Source: Raja brachyura (Eukaryota). Taken from it: a stretch of DNA of 64,000 nucleotides. The translations under genes were made by a program, and so were the position numbers. Shown here piece by piece: positions 48,790 through 61,222 of this stretch. The notes under the pieces were generated by a model. The model ran no database searches and had not been told where the DNA came from. It saw nothing but the letters and a program-made list of their open reading frames with translations. Each line of letters begins with the position of its first letter. Within the stretch, counting starts at the first letter, position 1. The stretch covers positions 20,150,001-20,214,000 of the forward strand of contig OY740797.1 in assembly GCA_963514005.1 (NCBI GenBank), in the 5' to 3' direction.

Positions 48790-49855
48790 TTAGCATGTAA
48801 CAAACATAATGACACGGTGGTTATGGGAGATTTCAATATGCAGGTAGACTGGGAAAATCAGGTTGATTCTGGACCCCAAGTAAGGGAGTATGTAGAGGGC
48901 CTCCAAGATGGATACTTTGAGCAGCTTGTACTGGAGGCTACCAGAGAGAAGGCAATTCTGGATTTAGTGTTGTCCAATGAACCAGATTTAATAAGGGAAC
49001 TCAAGGTAAAGGAACCGCTAGGAGGTAATGACCATAATATGATACGTTTTAATCTACAATTTGAGAGGGAGAAGGTTAAATCAGAAGTGTCAGTGTTGCA
49101 GTTAAACAAATGGGACTATGAATGCATGAGGGAGGAGCTGGCCAAGGTCAACTGGAAAAGGATCCTAGCAGGAATGACGGCGGAACAGGAATTATAGGAA
49201 TTTCTGGGCATAATCCAGAAGATGCAGGATCATTTCTTTCCAAAGAGGAATAAAGATTCTAAGGGGAATAAGAGGCAACTGTGGCTGACAAGGAAGTTAA
49301 GGATGGAATAAAACTAAAGGAAAAGGTGTATAACATAGCAAAGAGTAGCGGGAAGCCAGAGGATTGCAACACTTTCAAAGGACAACTGAAGGTAATAAAA
49401 AAGGTCAATATGGGGTGAAAAGATGAAGTATGAGGAGATTATAAAGAAGGATAGTAAAAGCTTACATAGGTATGTTAAGAGAAAAAGATTAGTAAAGACA
49501 GATGTGGGTCCCTTAAAGGCAGAAACAGGTGAAATTATTATGGGGAACAAGGAAATGACAGAAGAGTTGAACATTAGTTCTGTCTTCACTAAGATCCCAT
49601 ACAGGAGATAAGTGGGCAAAATTAGAGCACATGGTATTGGGCGTAAGATATTGACGTGGATAGAGAATTGGTTGGCAGACAGGAAACAAAGAATAGGAAT
49701 AAACATCCTGTAAGAATCCTGTCTCTGTAAGAATAACAGGCAGTGGCGAGTGGAGTGCCGCAACTAGCTACAATATATATTAATGATTTAGATTATGAGG
49801 TTAAAAGTAACGCTCGCAAATTTGCAGATGACACAAAGCTGGGTGGCAATGCGAA
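48790..49855 (+). mobile_element. CR1 ORF2 internal fragment (endonuclease end to RT), internally deleted
   Basis: VMGDFN...ATREKAILDLVL...PLGGNDHNMI and VGPLKAETGEIIMGNKEM; nucleotide match to the KFADDTKLGG region near 49820. Confidence 0.85.
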
Positions 49856-49859
49856 GTAA

Positions 49860-50258
49860 CTAAGGGTCTCAGAGGTTCTGAGACAGCAATAATCATTACC
49901 AATAAAAAAACATATAAAGAAGTGTCAGTACAAACTATTTCTAGATGGTTAAAACAGGTTCTGGATTACGCTGGAGTGGACACTCATGTGTTAAAATCTC
50001 ACAATGAGGATTTACGGTGAGGGATTATGTGTCCTCCGCTCCCAGCCCTCATAATCGAAAGGATCATCTGGTAGTTCTAGTCTTCAGAAAGCCTTACTAT
50101 CTTACTTCGGCGATCACTTTTCTGTGTTTTCACGCCGCTGCTTTGAAGTATGATGCGCATGCGCCTGTCAGGGTTTCTTGACGTAATCCCTCATCGTAAC
50201 TCCTCATAAAATAAGGATCAAACCTCAAACTGGTAACTTCTCATTTAATCTTACTATT
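49860..50258 (+). mobile_element. DIRS-type tyrosine-recombinase retrotransposon remnant
   Basis: 49922-50002 translates as VSVQTISRWLKQVLDYAGVDTHVLKSH, the segment preceding the H-x-x-R motif of DIRS tyrosine recombinases. Confidence 0.55.
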
Positions 50259-52475
50259 TTATTTTATTAGAAGTAAGTACAGGAATATGGCGCGAAGGTG
50301 CCTAATATATATTGACATATTGCATTTTATGTACAGCTTCTTCTTATTTTTTTAATAATGAAAAAGAGAGAATTGATAATAAAAGATAGAGAAACATGTG
50401 ATATATAGTGTGTGAGAAAGAAAAAAGTGTGAAAGAAGAAAGTTGAAAAAGAAAAAGAAAAAAGAAAGAAAAAGAGTAGAAAGTAAGAGATTAAGTAGAT
50501 CGTTATCTATATTCTTGACCATCCCTCACCCAATCCTGAAACAGTTAAATTGTGAAAAACGTCTATGGTTTGTGCACCATATGCTTCCAAAAAATCGACA
50601 AATGGAGACCAACTCATTAAAAATTGGTCTGATTTATCTATTAGGAGGAATCGCATTTCGTCAAGATGTGCAGTGTCCAACATGTTTGAAATCCACATTT
50701 TAAGCGTTGGTATGGCTGTTTTTTTCCAAAAGTTAAGTATACGTTTTTTTGCCGTTATTAACCCATAATTTAAAAATAAATTTTGAGATGAGTTCAATTT
50801 ATTCCCATCTGCCATTACTCCAAATATAATGATTTCAGTATTAAGTTCCATTTTAATCTTAAATAGTTTTGTAAATATTTCAAAAATATCACTCCAGAAT
50901 TTAAAAAGTTTTATGCAGGAGACAAAAGAGTGTGTATTATTTGCATTTTGGGATAGACATTTATCACAAATGGGGGAAGTATTTGGATAGAATTTATTCA
51001 ATCTAGTTTCTTGAATAATATAATCTATGTAAAATTTTAAATTGAATTAAATTATGTCTTACATTAATCGAACATTTGTGTGTATATATATCAAATACTT
51101 TTCCCATGTTTCCTTCGTAATTTTTATCATTAATTCTCGTTCCCACTCTTCTCTGTGCCTCTGTCGATGGTAAATCTATATTTAAAATACTATTATATAA
51201 ATATGATATTAATTTCTGTGAGTCAGCCTTAATGTTCATTACTTCTTCCAGTAATGTTATGTTTGATATCTTTGTATGTATTTCTTCATGAAGTCGCAGA
51301 TCTGAAGATATTTAAAATATTGGTTATTTTTCAATTTAAATTTAAATTGCAATTGTTGGAATGATAACATTTCCTATTTCATACATATCACCGATCCTTT
51401 TAATTCCCATTCTTCCCCATTGATTATATGTTTTATCAATAAGAGATGGTGTGAATGAAGGATTATTCACTATTGGCATTAACAATGATAGGTTTCTTAA
51501 TTTTAAGGATAATTTTATTTGTTTCCAAATTCTTATTGTATCATGTATAATTGGGTTATTCTTATTTTATTGTGTTGTTCAGTTTTATCGGGGAGAAGAG
51601 GATCGCTCCTATATTACAAGGAGAACAGTCCTCTTTCGCCATTCTTATCCATTCTGTCTGTTGGGTAGAAATGTCCAACCAGTAAATTATATTCTTAATA
51701 TGCACTGCCCAATAATAGTACAAAAAGTTCGCAATGGAAAGTCCCCCAATGTCTTTTGGTTTGCACAAATGTTTTCTTTGAATTCTGTGTGATCTATAAT
51801 CCCAGATAAAATTGGTAATATTAGAGTCTAGTTTTTTTAAAGAAGTTTTTTGGTATATATAATGGTATAGATTGAAATAGGTATAATATTTGTGGTAAAA
51901 AGATCATTTTTTATAGCGTTTATTCTGCCAAATAATGATAAATGCTTTCTCTGCGTCCAGAGAAACAATTGATATATCTTCTTCCTCCGTTTTCTGTGAG
52001 TACTTTATATTAAACAGGCATGTCAAATTATTAAATGAATGTCTTTTGGGTATAAACCCCGTTTGATCTGGATTTATCAATTTACTAATATATTTACTCA
52101 ATCTTCTTGCCAACGTCTTTGCTAAAATTTTCTGATCTGTATTTAAAAGTGATATAGCTCTATATGAGCCCAGTTCATCTAAATCTTTATCTTTTTTTGG
52201 TATAAGCGTAATAGTTGATTCAGCTAATGTTTCTGGTAATTTATTTTCTTTGAAGGCATGTGTATATAAATTAAGTAAGCGTGGAGCCGTTATCTCATGA
52301 AATCTTTTATAAAATTCATTACTAAAACCATCTGGTCCAGGCGTCTTACCATTTTTCAACAATTTTATTGTTTCACCTATTTCTCCAAGTGTAATCTGAG
52401 CTCCTAATTCCTCTTGTTCTGAAAGGTCAAATTTTGGAAGATTACAGTTATCTAAAAAATTTATAATTTTACTAT
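50258..52475 (-). mobile_element. 5'-truncated L1 with an internal deletion of the RT core
   Basis: KTPGPDGFSNEFY...SLDAEKAF jumps near 51910-51940 to the MIFLPQ region; C-terminal SPICDKC...FWKK motifs. Confidence 0.88.
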
Positions 52476-52477
52476 CT

Positions 52478-53750
52478 GGACCAGGAGAGATCTTCAGAGA
52501 TATGCACACCCAGGAATTTGAAGCTCTTGACCCTTTCCACCATCAACCCGATGATATAAACGGGACTATGGGTCCCCATCCTAGCCCTTCCAAATTTCAC
52601 AATCAGTTCCTTGGTTTTGCTTGTGTTGAGAGCCAGGCTCTCATGGATCGACCGTTTGCTGGCACCATTTGGTCAAACGGTCGATCTCACTTCTATACTC
52701 CGACTCTTCTCCATCAGTGGTATGTCCCACAACAGTGGTGTCATCAGCGAACTTGATGATGGAGTTCGCACTATGATCGGCTACACAGTCATGAGTATAG
52801 AGTGAGTAGAGCAGGAGGCTGAGCACGCAGCCTTGAGGTGCTCCCGTGCTGATTGGTATCGAGGCTGACACATTTCCACCAATACGGACAGACAGTGGTC
52901 TGTGATTGAGGAAGTCGAGGATCCAATTGCAGAGGGATGCGCAGAGACCCAGTTCTGAGAGTCTGGTAACCAGCTTCAAGGGGATGATAGTATTAAATGC
53001 CGAGCTGTCGTCACTGAATAACAGCCTGACATATTAGTTTTTGTGTCCAAGTGGTCCAGAGCAGAGTGGAGCACCAGCGAGATCGCATCCACCATTGATC
53101 TGTTGTGGCGGTAAGCGAACTGCAGTGGGTCCAGGTTTTTGTCGAGGTAGGAGTTGATTTGTGCCGTGATCAACCTCTCAATGCATTTCATCACTTCCGA
53201 TGTTAGTATCACTGGTCGCTATTCATGGAGGCACGTCACCTTGCTCTTCTTGGGCACCGGTGTAATTGATGCCCTTTTAAAGCAGGTGAGAACCTCAGAC
53301 CTCAGAAGTGAGAGGTTGAAAATGTCCATAAAATCTCCAGTCAGTTGGTCCTCACAGATTTTTAGAATACAACCGTGTATGCCATCAGGTCCAGGCATTT
53401 TCGAGGGTCCACCCCTCTGAAGGATTTCCCGACGTCGACCTCAGTGACCATGACCAAAATACCATCACAGCGAATGGGGGCTTGAGAAGGCACATCGGTG
53501 TTCTCCCTATCAAAGCATGCGTAAACAGACTCCGAACAGTCCTGGAGTTGTTCCTCTGCCCCTCCAGACCAGCTCTGAACAGTCCTCACCTCTGGGGATG
53601 CGCTCTTCAATTGCTGCCTGTAGGCAGGAAGAAGCAGCACTGCAGAATGGTCGGATTTACCGAAGTGAGGGTGAGGGATAGAGCGATAGGCATCCTTGAT
53701 GGCGGTGTAGCAGTGGTCGAGGACCTGCAATTTTCTGGAAGTTTGTTCCA
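52478..53750 (-). mobile_element. Rex1/Babar-like non-LTR retrotransposon fragment
   Basis: LDHCYT...HFGKSDH, LTSEVMKCIERL...[24 protein letters not shown]...[12 protein letters not shown]. Confidence 0.8.
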
Positions 53751-53759
53751 TATATGTGG

Positions 53760-54440
53760 TGCATAAAAACTAAATGCTGCTTCTCCAAGTTTAGTTCTGA
53801 CTCTGGGGACAGAAAGCAGACCTGTCCCTGACGATCTCAGAGGTCTGGATGGTTCATAATGTAGCTGAAGATCAGAAATGCATTTTGGCCCAGACCATTC
53901 ACTGCTTTATAAACCAACAGTAATATTTGAAATCAATTCTTTGACAGTAAAAAACTAAAAACTGGAGTGATGTGATCCACTTTCTTGGTTTTAGGGAGGA
54001 CTCAGACAGCAGTGTTCTGAATCAGTTGCAGTTGTCTAATCGATTTTTTTGGGAGACCTGTGAAGACAGCGTTAGAATAGTCAAGTCTACTGAAGATATA
54101 TGCATGGACAAGTTTCTCCAAATCCTGCTGAACCATAAGTCCTTTAACCCTTGATATATACTTAAGGTGATAGTAGGCTGACTTTGTAATTGTCTTAAAG
54201 TGGCTGTTGAAGTTCAGGTCTGAGTCCATGACTACACCAAGAGTTCTGGTTTTGTCCGTGATTTTTAACATTGCCAGTTGAAGCTGAGCACTGTCTTTTA
54301 ATCGTTCCTCTTTGGCTCCAAAATCAACAACCTCAGTTTTGTCTTCATTTAATTGAAGAAAGTTTTGGCACATCCAATCATTGATTTGTTCCATGTACCT
54401 GCTCAGTATTTGTATTGGACCATAGTCCCCTGGTGATATC
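53760..54440 (-). mobile_element. L2-clade LINE 3' fragment
   Basis: [15 protein letters not shown]...[11 protein letters not shown]...[14 protein letters not shown]...LQLIQN. Confidence 0.75.
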
Positions 54441-54898
54441 AATATAATTAAAAGACTGATCTTGACCACTTGCGCTGTATATTGATCTTAGATAAAATGC
54501 TACACTGTACCACTGTGATTTGTGGCCATCTTACTCACAGTCCTCCTCAGCTGAGCCAGTCCCGAGGATTTTTCCCATCGATGAAAAAAAATAGTTATGA
54601 GTGTTTAAAAATCATTGAGAACAGGTGATTGGTTCTGTCGCCTCTCAATCACCGCGATGAAGGTAACGCCCCTTCTGGGGGGGTGGGGGGGGGAGCTAGG
54701 ACTATAACACCAAGGATGCCTGGATGTGAGTCAGTCTGCAAAATCGCGAGGGAGAGGTCACGACAGTCATTCTGAGCTGTGAATCAACTCAACTGTGAGT
54801 CTGCAATGTCATGAGTTGTTTGGCCTGCTGCCCTGCCTGTGCTTGAACATGCAATGCTGAATTGGAAATGAAATGACAATGCCTTGAGTTGTATGGTC

Positions 54899-57065
54899 TA
54901 TTTGTAATCCACATTTTAAACGTTGGGATAGGTGCATTTTTCCTGAATTTAAGTATAATTATTTTGCCGTTATGAAACCATAGTTCAGGAAACATCTTTG
55001 AAATGACGTTAGCTCAGAACAGGCTTCCATTGCTCTGAAAATAATCAATTTTGTGTTTGGTTCCAGTCTTGTTTTAAATAGTTTTGAAAAGGTTTCAAAA
55101 ATGTCCTTCCAAAATTTCTGAAGTTTTACACAGGAGACAAATGAATGTGCTATTGTTGCTTCTTGTGTTAGACACTTATCACAGATGGGAGAGACATTTG
55201 GATTAGTTTCATTTTCGAGTAATATAATCTATGTACAATTTTAAATTGAATCAGTGTATGTCTGACATTAATCAAACATTTGTGTACATATAACAAATAA
55301 TCTTCCCATCTGTGCTTAGGGATTTCTATAGCCAGTTCTTGTTCCCACTCTTTTCTTATACCATCTGTAGAAGGTATATCTATATTTAAAATAGTATTAT
55401 AGAAATATGATGTTAAGTGATCCAATTCTACCTGCCTATTCATGCCTTGCTCTAGTGGATCCAACATCAAGTTTTGATAATCTTGTGAATATTTTTTCAG
55501 ATAATCTCAGATGTGCAAATAACTAAAATATCGGTTACTTTCCAAATTGTATTTAAGCTGTAATTCTTGAAATGATAAAAATGTTGCCATTTCATACACA
55601 TCTTCCCAAGTCCTAATTCCTAATCGTTCCCAGTGAGTAAACATTTTGTCAATATTCGATGGCTTAAACCACGGATTATTAACTATCGGTGAAAGAAGCA
55701 AAAGGTTTCTTAATTTAAGAGTGGATTTTATTTGTCTCCAGATTCGTATTGTGCTGTGGATCATCGGATTTCTCCTTTATATTGTATTTTTCAATTTTAT
55801 TGGGGGGAGAAGGGTCGTTCCTATGTTAAAAGGAGTACAATCCTCTCTCTCCATTATTGTCCATTCTGCCTGTAATGTTGAGCTGTCCAGCCAGTACATT
55901 ATATTTTAATGTTCACTGCCCAATGATAATACATAAAGTTGGGAAGAGGAAGTCCACCAAATTCTTTGGGTTTACATAAATGTTGTTTTTTTTTAAATTC
56001 TATGTGATTTATAGTCCCATGTGAAAATTTTAATATATGTCAAGGTTTTTGAAAAAAAATGTAGGTATGTTTATTGGTATTGATTGAAGTAAGTACAGAA
56101 TTTGTGGAACAAAAATCATTTTAATGGTATTTATTCTGCCTATTAAGGACATCGGTTGTGTTTTCCAAAATTGGATCGACGCTTGTAATTTAGTAAGTAA
56201 TGACAGATAATTTGCATTAAATAAAGAATTATATTTTCTAGTAATTTGAATACCCAAATATTTGAATTTTTCTGTAGCAATTTTAAAGGATTTAAAGCAA
56301 ATTAAAGCAAATTTAAAAGATGTGTTGGCTCTTATGGTTTTATCGTAATTATCTCGCTTTTATTCCAATTTATTCTATATCCTGAGAAGGAGCCAAATTC
56401 TTCCATTAAAGATTTAATGTTTGGTATGCTAATTTGTGATTTTGTAATGTATAATAGTACACCATCTGCATATAATGATATTTTATTATTAGAGTTTTAG
56501 TATTGTAACTGTGGATATTAGGGTGAATTCTTTTATTTTCTGCTAAAGGCTCTATCACCAGGGCAAATAGAAGGGGTGATAAAACACATCCTTGTCTATT
56601 GCCCCTGGATAGTTGAAATTTCGGGGATAGTATATTATTAGTTAATATTCTAGCCGTGGGTTTATCATAGATAAAAAGTTGAAAAACATATTCCCAAGCC
56701 ACCTGATCGAATGCTTTTTCTGCATCCAATGAAATAATTGATAAGTCTTCTTTTTCTGACTTATATGAATGCATTATGTTAAAAAGACCTATAAAATTAT
56801 TTGATGAGTGTCTCTTAGGTATAAACCCCATTTGATCCGGGTTTGTTAATTTACTAAAATATTTACTTAATCTTCTTGCTAATGTTTTTGCTAATATTTT
56901 CTGATCTGTATTTAATAATGCAATGGCTCTATATGAACCTGGATCCTCTAGATCTTTATCCTTTTTAGGTATTAATGTTATAGTTGAGCCCGCAAGTGTT
57001 TCTGGTATTTTCTGTTCTTTCAATGCATGTGTATAAAGTTTATGTAAGCGTGGTGCAATTATTTG
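54899..57065 (-). mobile_element. L1 fragment (duplicate copy 2, empty at the nested-insertion site)
   Basis: ORFs 56406-57023 and 55168-55470 match 32355-32783 and 27771-27965. Confidence 0.88.
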
Positions 57066-57459
57066 CCTGGAAATTAATTGACGCTTTTACAATTAACTAG
57101 GTAACCCCAAAGTAATGTTATTGTACAGAGAGACAAGAGACGACCGATCCTGGTAACTTGGGCAAAAATACAAACTGCAGGAGGAATGCAGTGGATCAGG
57201 TAGCATATGTGGAGGGAAGTAGACACATGATGCATCTCTACTCTGCTCCAATCTTGAAGAACGCAGACTTGAATCGTTTTCTACCCACAGATGCTGTCTG
57301 TACTGTTGAGTTCCGCCAGCAGTAACATTGTGACACATACTCCATATGTTTGAATCTTGGCAAAACATAATGTGCACAAGGTACTCAGCGACCAGGCAGC
57401 AACTGTGGAGGGAGTGCACATGAGATGATTCGGGTCTTGCGCATTATTTGAAACCCAGG

Positions 57460-58625
57460 TCAAACACTCCCATGGCTATCTTGACTACACTTCTTCCCGC
57501 CCTGCTTCCTTTAAAGACTCTATCCCTACTCCCAATTCCTCTGTCTACACTGCATCTGTGCCCAGGATAAGGTGTTCCATACCAGGGCATCGGAGATATC
57601 CTAGTATGGAAGATGGTTCCCCTCTTCCATTATAGATGAGGCTCTCACTAGGTTCTCCTCTGTATCCTGCAGCTATGCTCTTACACCCCCTCCCTCTACT
57701 TGTAACAAGGACTGAGTCCACCTGCCATCCCATCAGCCGTCGCATACAGCATATAATCTTCCGACATTTTCGCAACCTCCAACAGGATCCCACTACTGGA
57801 CACATCTTCCAATCCCCACCCCTTTCTGTTTTCCGCACAGACCGTTCCCTCCGTAACTCCCTGGTCAATTCATCCCTTCCCACCCAAACCACCCGCTCCC
57901 CGGGTACTTCCCCTGCAAACGAAGGAGATGCAACACCTGTCCCTTTACCCCCCCCCCCCCCCCGCCCCCCCCTACTCCAAGGACCCAATCAATCTTTCCA
58001 GGTGAGGCAGAAGTTCACGCACCTCCCCCAACCTCGTCTGCTGCATCTGCTGTTCCAGGTGTCAACTTCTGTAAATCAGCGAGACCAAGCGCAGGCTCAG
58101 CGATCATTTCGCTGAACACCTCCGCTCAGTCCGTCCTAATTCTACCTGATCTCCCGGCTGTTCTGCACTTCAACTCCCCCTCCCCCTCCCATTCCCAATC
58201 TTATCTTTTTCTCCTGGGCCTCCTCCATTGTCAGTGTGAGGCCCAGCGCAAGTTGGAGGAACAGCACCTCATATTTTCCTTGGGGAGTTTAGAACCCATT
58301 GACTTCTCTAATTTCAGATAGCCCTTGCTGTATCCCTCCTTCCTGCCGCTTCACAGTTCTCCTACTAGTCCTACTGCCTCCGCCTACTTTCTATCTTTAT
58401 CCTGCCCCCCCCCCCCCCCCCCCCCCCCACATCAGTCTGAATAGGGGGGGTTACACAAAAAGCTGAGAAACTCAGCGGGTGCAGCAGCATCTAAGGAGCG
58501 AAGGACATAGGCGACGTTTCGGGTCGAGACCCTTCGTCTGAAGAGGGGTCTCGATCTGAAACGTCACCCATTCTTTCTCTCCAAAGATGCTGCCTCACCC
58601 TGCCTTACTCCAGCATTTTGTGTCT
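57460..58625 (+). mobile_element. Penelope-like fragment (duplicate copy 2)
   Basis: ORF 57636-58115 is near-identical to ORF 33426-33902. Confidence 0.85.
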
Positions 58626-61222
58626 AGACAATTCCCTCTAGTCGGTGGCATTTTCAGAACCCTTCATCCCATTGAAAATTAATCAAGATTGACATTTGAA
58701 AAGCTATCATAGATAAGAAAAGTGATTCTGACATGAAGCTATCTTGCCGTGTGAAGGAAATTTGACGACAATAACACGCAAAAAGATGTAAACAAAACCA
58801 CAATATATTTAGGGAACCACTGGGGGCAATATATAAAAATGGACCAATGAATATTTCCATGCAAGTTGCGTCCATAGCAGACGACAGCACGTAGCCTGAA
58901 CTAGATTTATCCCTTGCGTGTGAAGTTTAGGCTTTGTTATAAATACTTTTAAACGTGCATCTACTGAAGTCACTGGTATTTAACGCTACAATATTTTTAG
59001 CCTTTTGCAATGGCAGTGCTAAACCTGTGTATGGCAGATCTGTGGACTTTGTGAATCGACCACATCCTTCTCATAGGTAGAAAAGTGAGAGGACCTAAAA
59101 CTGCAGGATTTAGTTATAGTGGTCTAATCCACCAATTGACGATAACCCATTCCATGGTAGGAGGTCAGAATTCATGAGCGCAAGTCATTCATTTGTATAA
59201 ACACAGGCACAGATGAATAGGAAGGGTTGGAGGTTATGGGGCAAACGCGTAAATGGGGATATATCAGATGGGGCATCAATGTTGATATCGACGAGATGGA
59301 TCGAAGGGCTTGCTTCCCTGCGCTATGGCTCTCTTTCTCTGTCAATGGAACGAAGTTTCAGTTCCACAGGTTAAAAATGAAGACGAATCAACGATCTGCA
59401 TAGCATCGTAAATAATGTATTTTTATGGGAGACACAAAATGCTGGAAGAACTCAGCGGGCAAGGCAGCATCTCTGGAGATAAGGAATGGGCGACGTTTCG
59501 GGTCGAGACCCTTCTTCAGTGAACTTTGTTTTTTTTAATGTATTTTAAGTATTTAATGTATTTTCATGTTTAGTTAAGTAGATATTGGGCGACTGCGTGG
59601 CTATTAACGTAACACACGCGAAGAGATTTGCATAATAGATTATGAAATTCACATTATGGTAACGTTTCAAAAACTGCTTCAATAAAAAGCCAAAATGACA
59701 ACATTTCGGCAACACCCCGGATATAACACGGAAAGGGGTCCCTCTCCATGTAAGATATTACAAAGCATATAATAAGGTGAAATACTAAAATAATGATTGT
59801 ATTAAATAAATTGGGGAGAGTCAACATGAAAGACAACTTGGAATTAAAAAAACACTTCTGCACTTATTTTCTTTCTTGGTAGAATCGATAAACGGAAATC
59901 TGCTGATGTGTTGAATTTGGACTGACGGTGGATTTTCAATGTATTCCATTAAAGAGATTGTTAATTACAATTAGCACGGCCAGTATTTTGATTATTAATC
60001 TGCAATGAAACAATGATTGGTTATCAGACTGGAGTCAAATATTGTGATGGAAGAGCACATTTCGGTGTGGGGAAAACGTGATGAATGAGTACTGCAGCGT
60101 TTCGTGCCGATGCAATTTTTTTGCAACGTATATCATTGATATGGATAAGGGGATCAGGTGCAAAACATTTAAGATTACCAGCAATAAATATTAAATTTGA
60201 AGGAACCATGGAATATGAGGGAATTGCAGATTTTGTATGTGATATAGAATAAGCAAGTATATGGAAGACTAACAATATCACGTTGCACGTGAGCTCGTCT
60301 ACTTTGGATTAAAAATAGGAAGGTGGCATTTTAAAATGATGGATGGTTGAAAAAAGCATGTTGGGGTTCGGACCGGTCTATTGTCCGTGTACGTAAATCA
60401 CAAATAAGATAATATGCAGATTCAATTGGAAGGGGAATGTCTGCTGGACGTTAATGCAAGATGATTTACACATGGCTTTGATACAGTTTGTTCCGGTGAT
60501 GTGAGGCGCTGACTTGAATATAGCTGGTAAAGTGCGTTGAATTCTTATGTTTTCCTCCAAGGAAGATATACTTGCCTACAAGGAATTCGGTGAATATTCA
60601 TCAGCGCACTGGGATGGCAGGTTTATGTTATGCCGTGGAATTAAACAGACAGGGCCGGTAGTCTCTGGAGTTTAAAATAATTAAGAAGGATCTCGTTGAA
60701 ATCTGCAGTGTTCTCTGGAGGCTGTCCATGGTGGAATGGAGTTAACACGTCCCATGAGTTTGATGCGTAGAAAGAGATAGCACGGCTCTAAATTATGGAG
60801 GCAGTCATTCAAACAGAAATAAGAAGAATTTTATTTTCACCTGGAAAACACTGAATTCACGGGAGTTACCGCAGCATGCTGAGTCATTTAATGCATCTAA
60901 AACAGAGGGCGAGTGAGTTTTAGGTCTTAGAGCAATCAATGAATTTATGTTTCTGTCGAAACTTGGCGTAGAAACAAAAGTAACCGTATTGATTGGCCAA
61001 GCGAGAAGAAACATATGACCTGCTCCTGTTTCTATTTCTTATGTTTCTCGGTTGACCTGACATAGCAAGAAAGTTTTTTGCAATCTTTTGCAACAATAGT
61101 TCTGCTGCTAACTTAATCTTACTCTTGAATAGACAACCGCTGTTACTCCGCTGTGTTTATCTTCAGCTCGGCGTACTCTGCCTTTTCTGTGCATTTTCTC
61201 ACATTCCTTTTGCCAGTGAATG

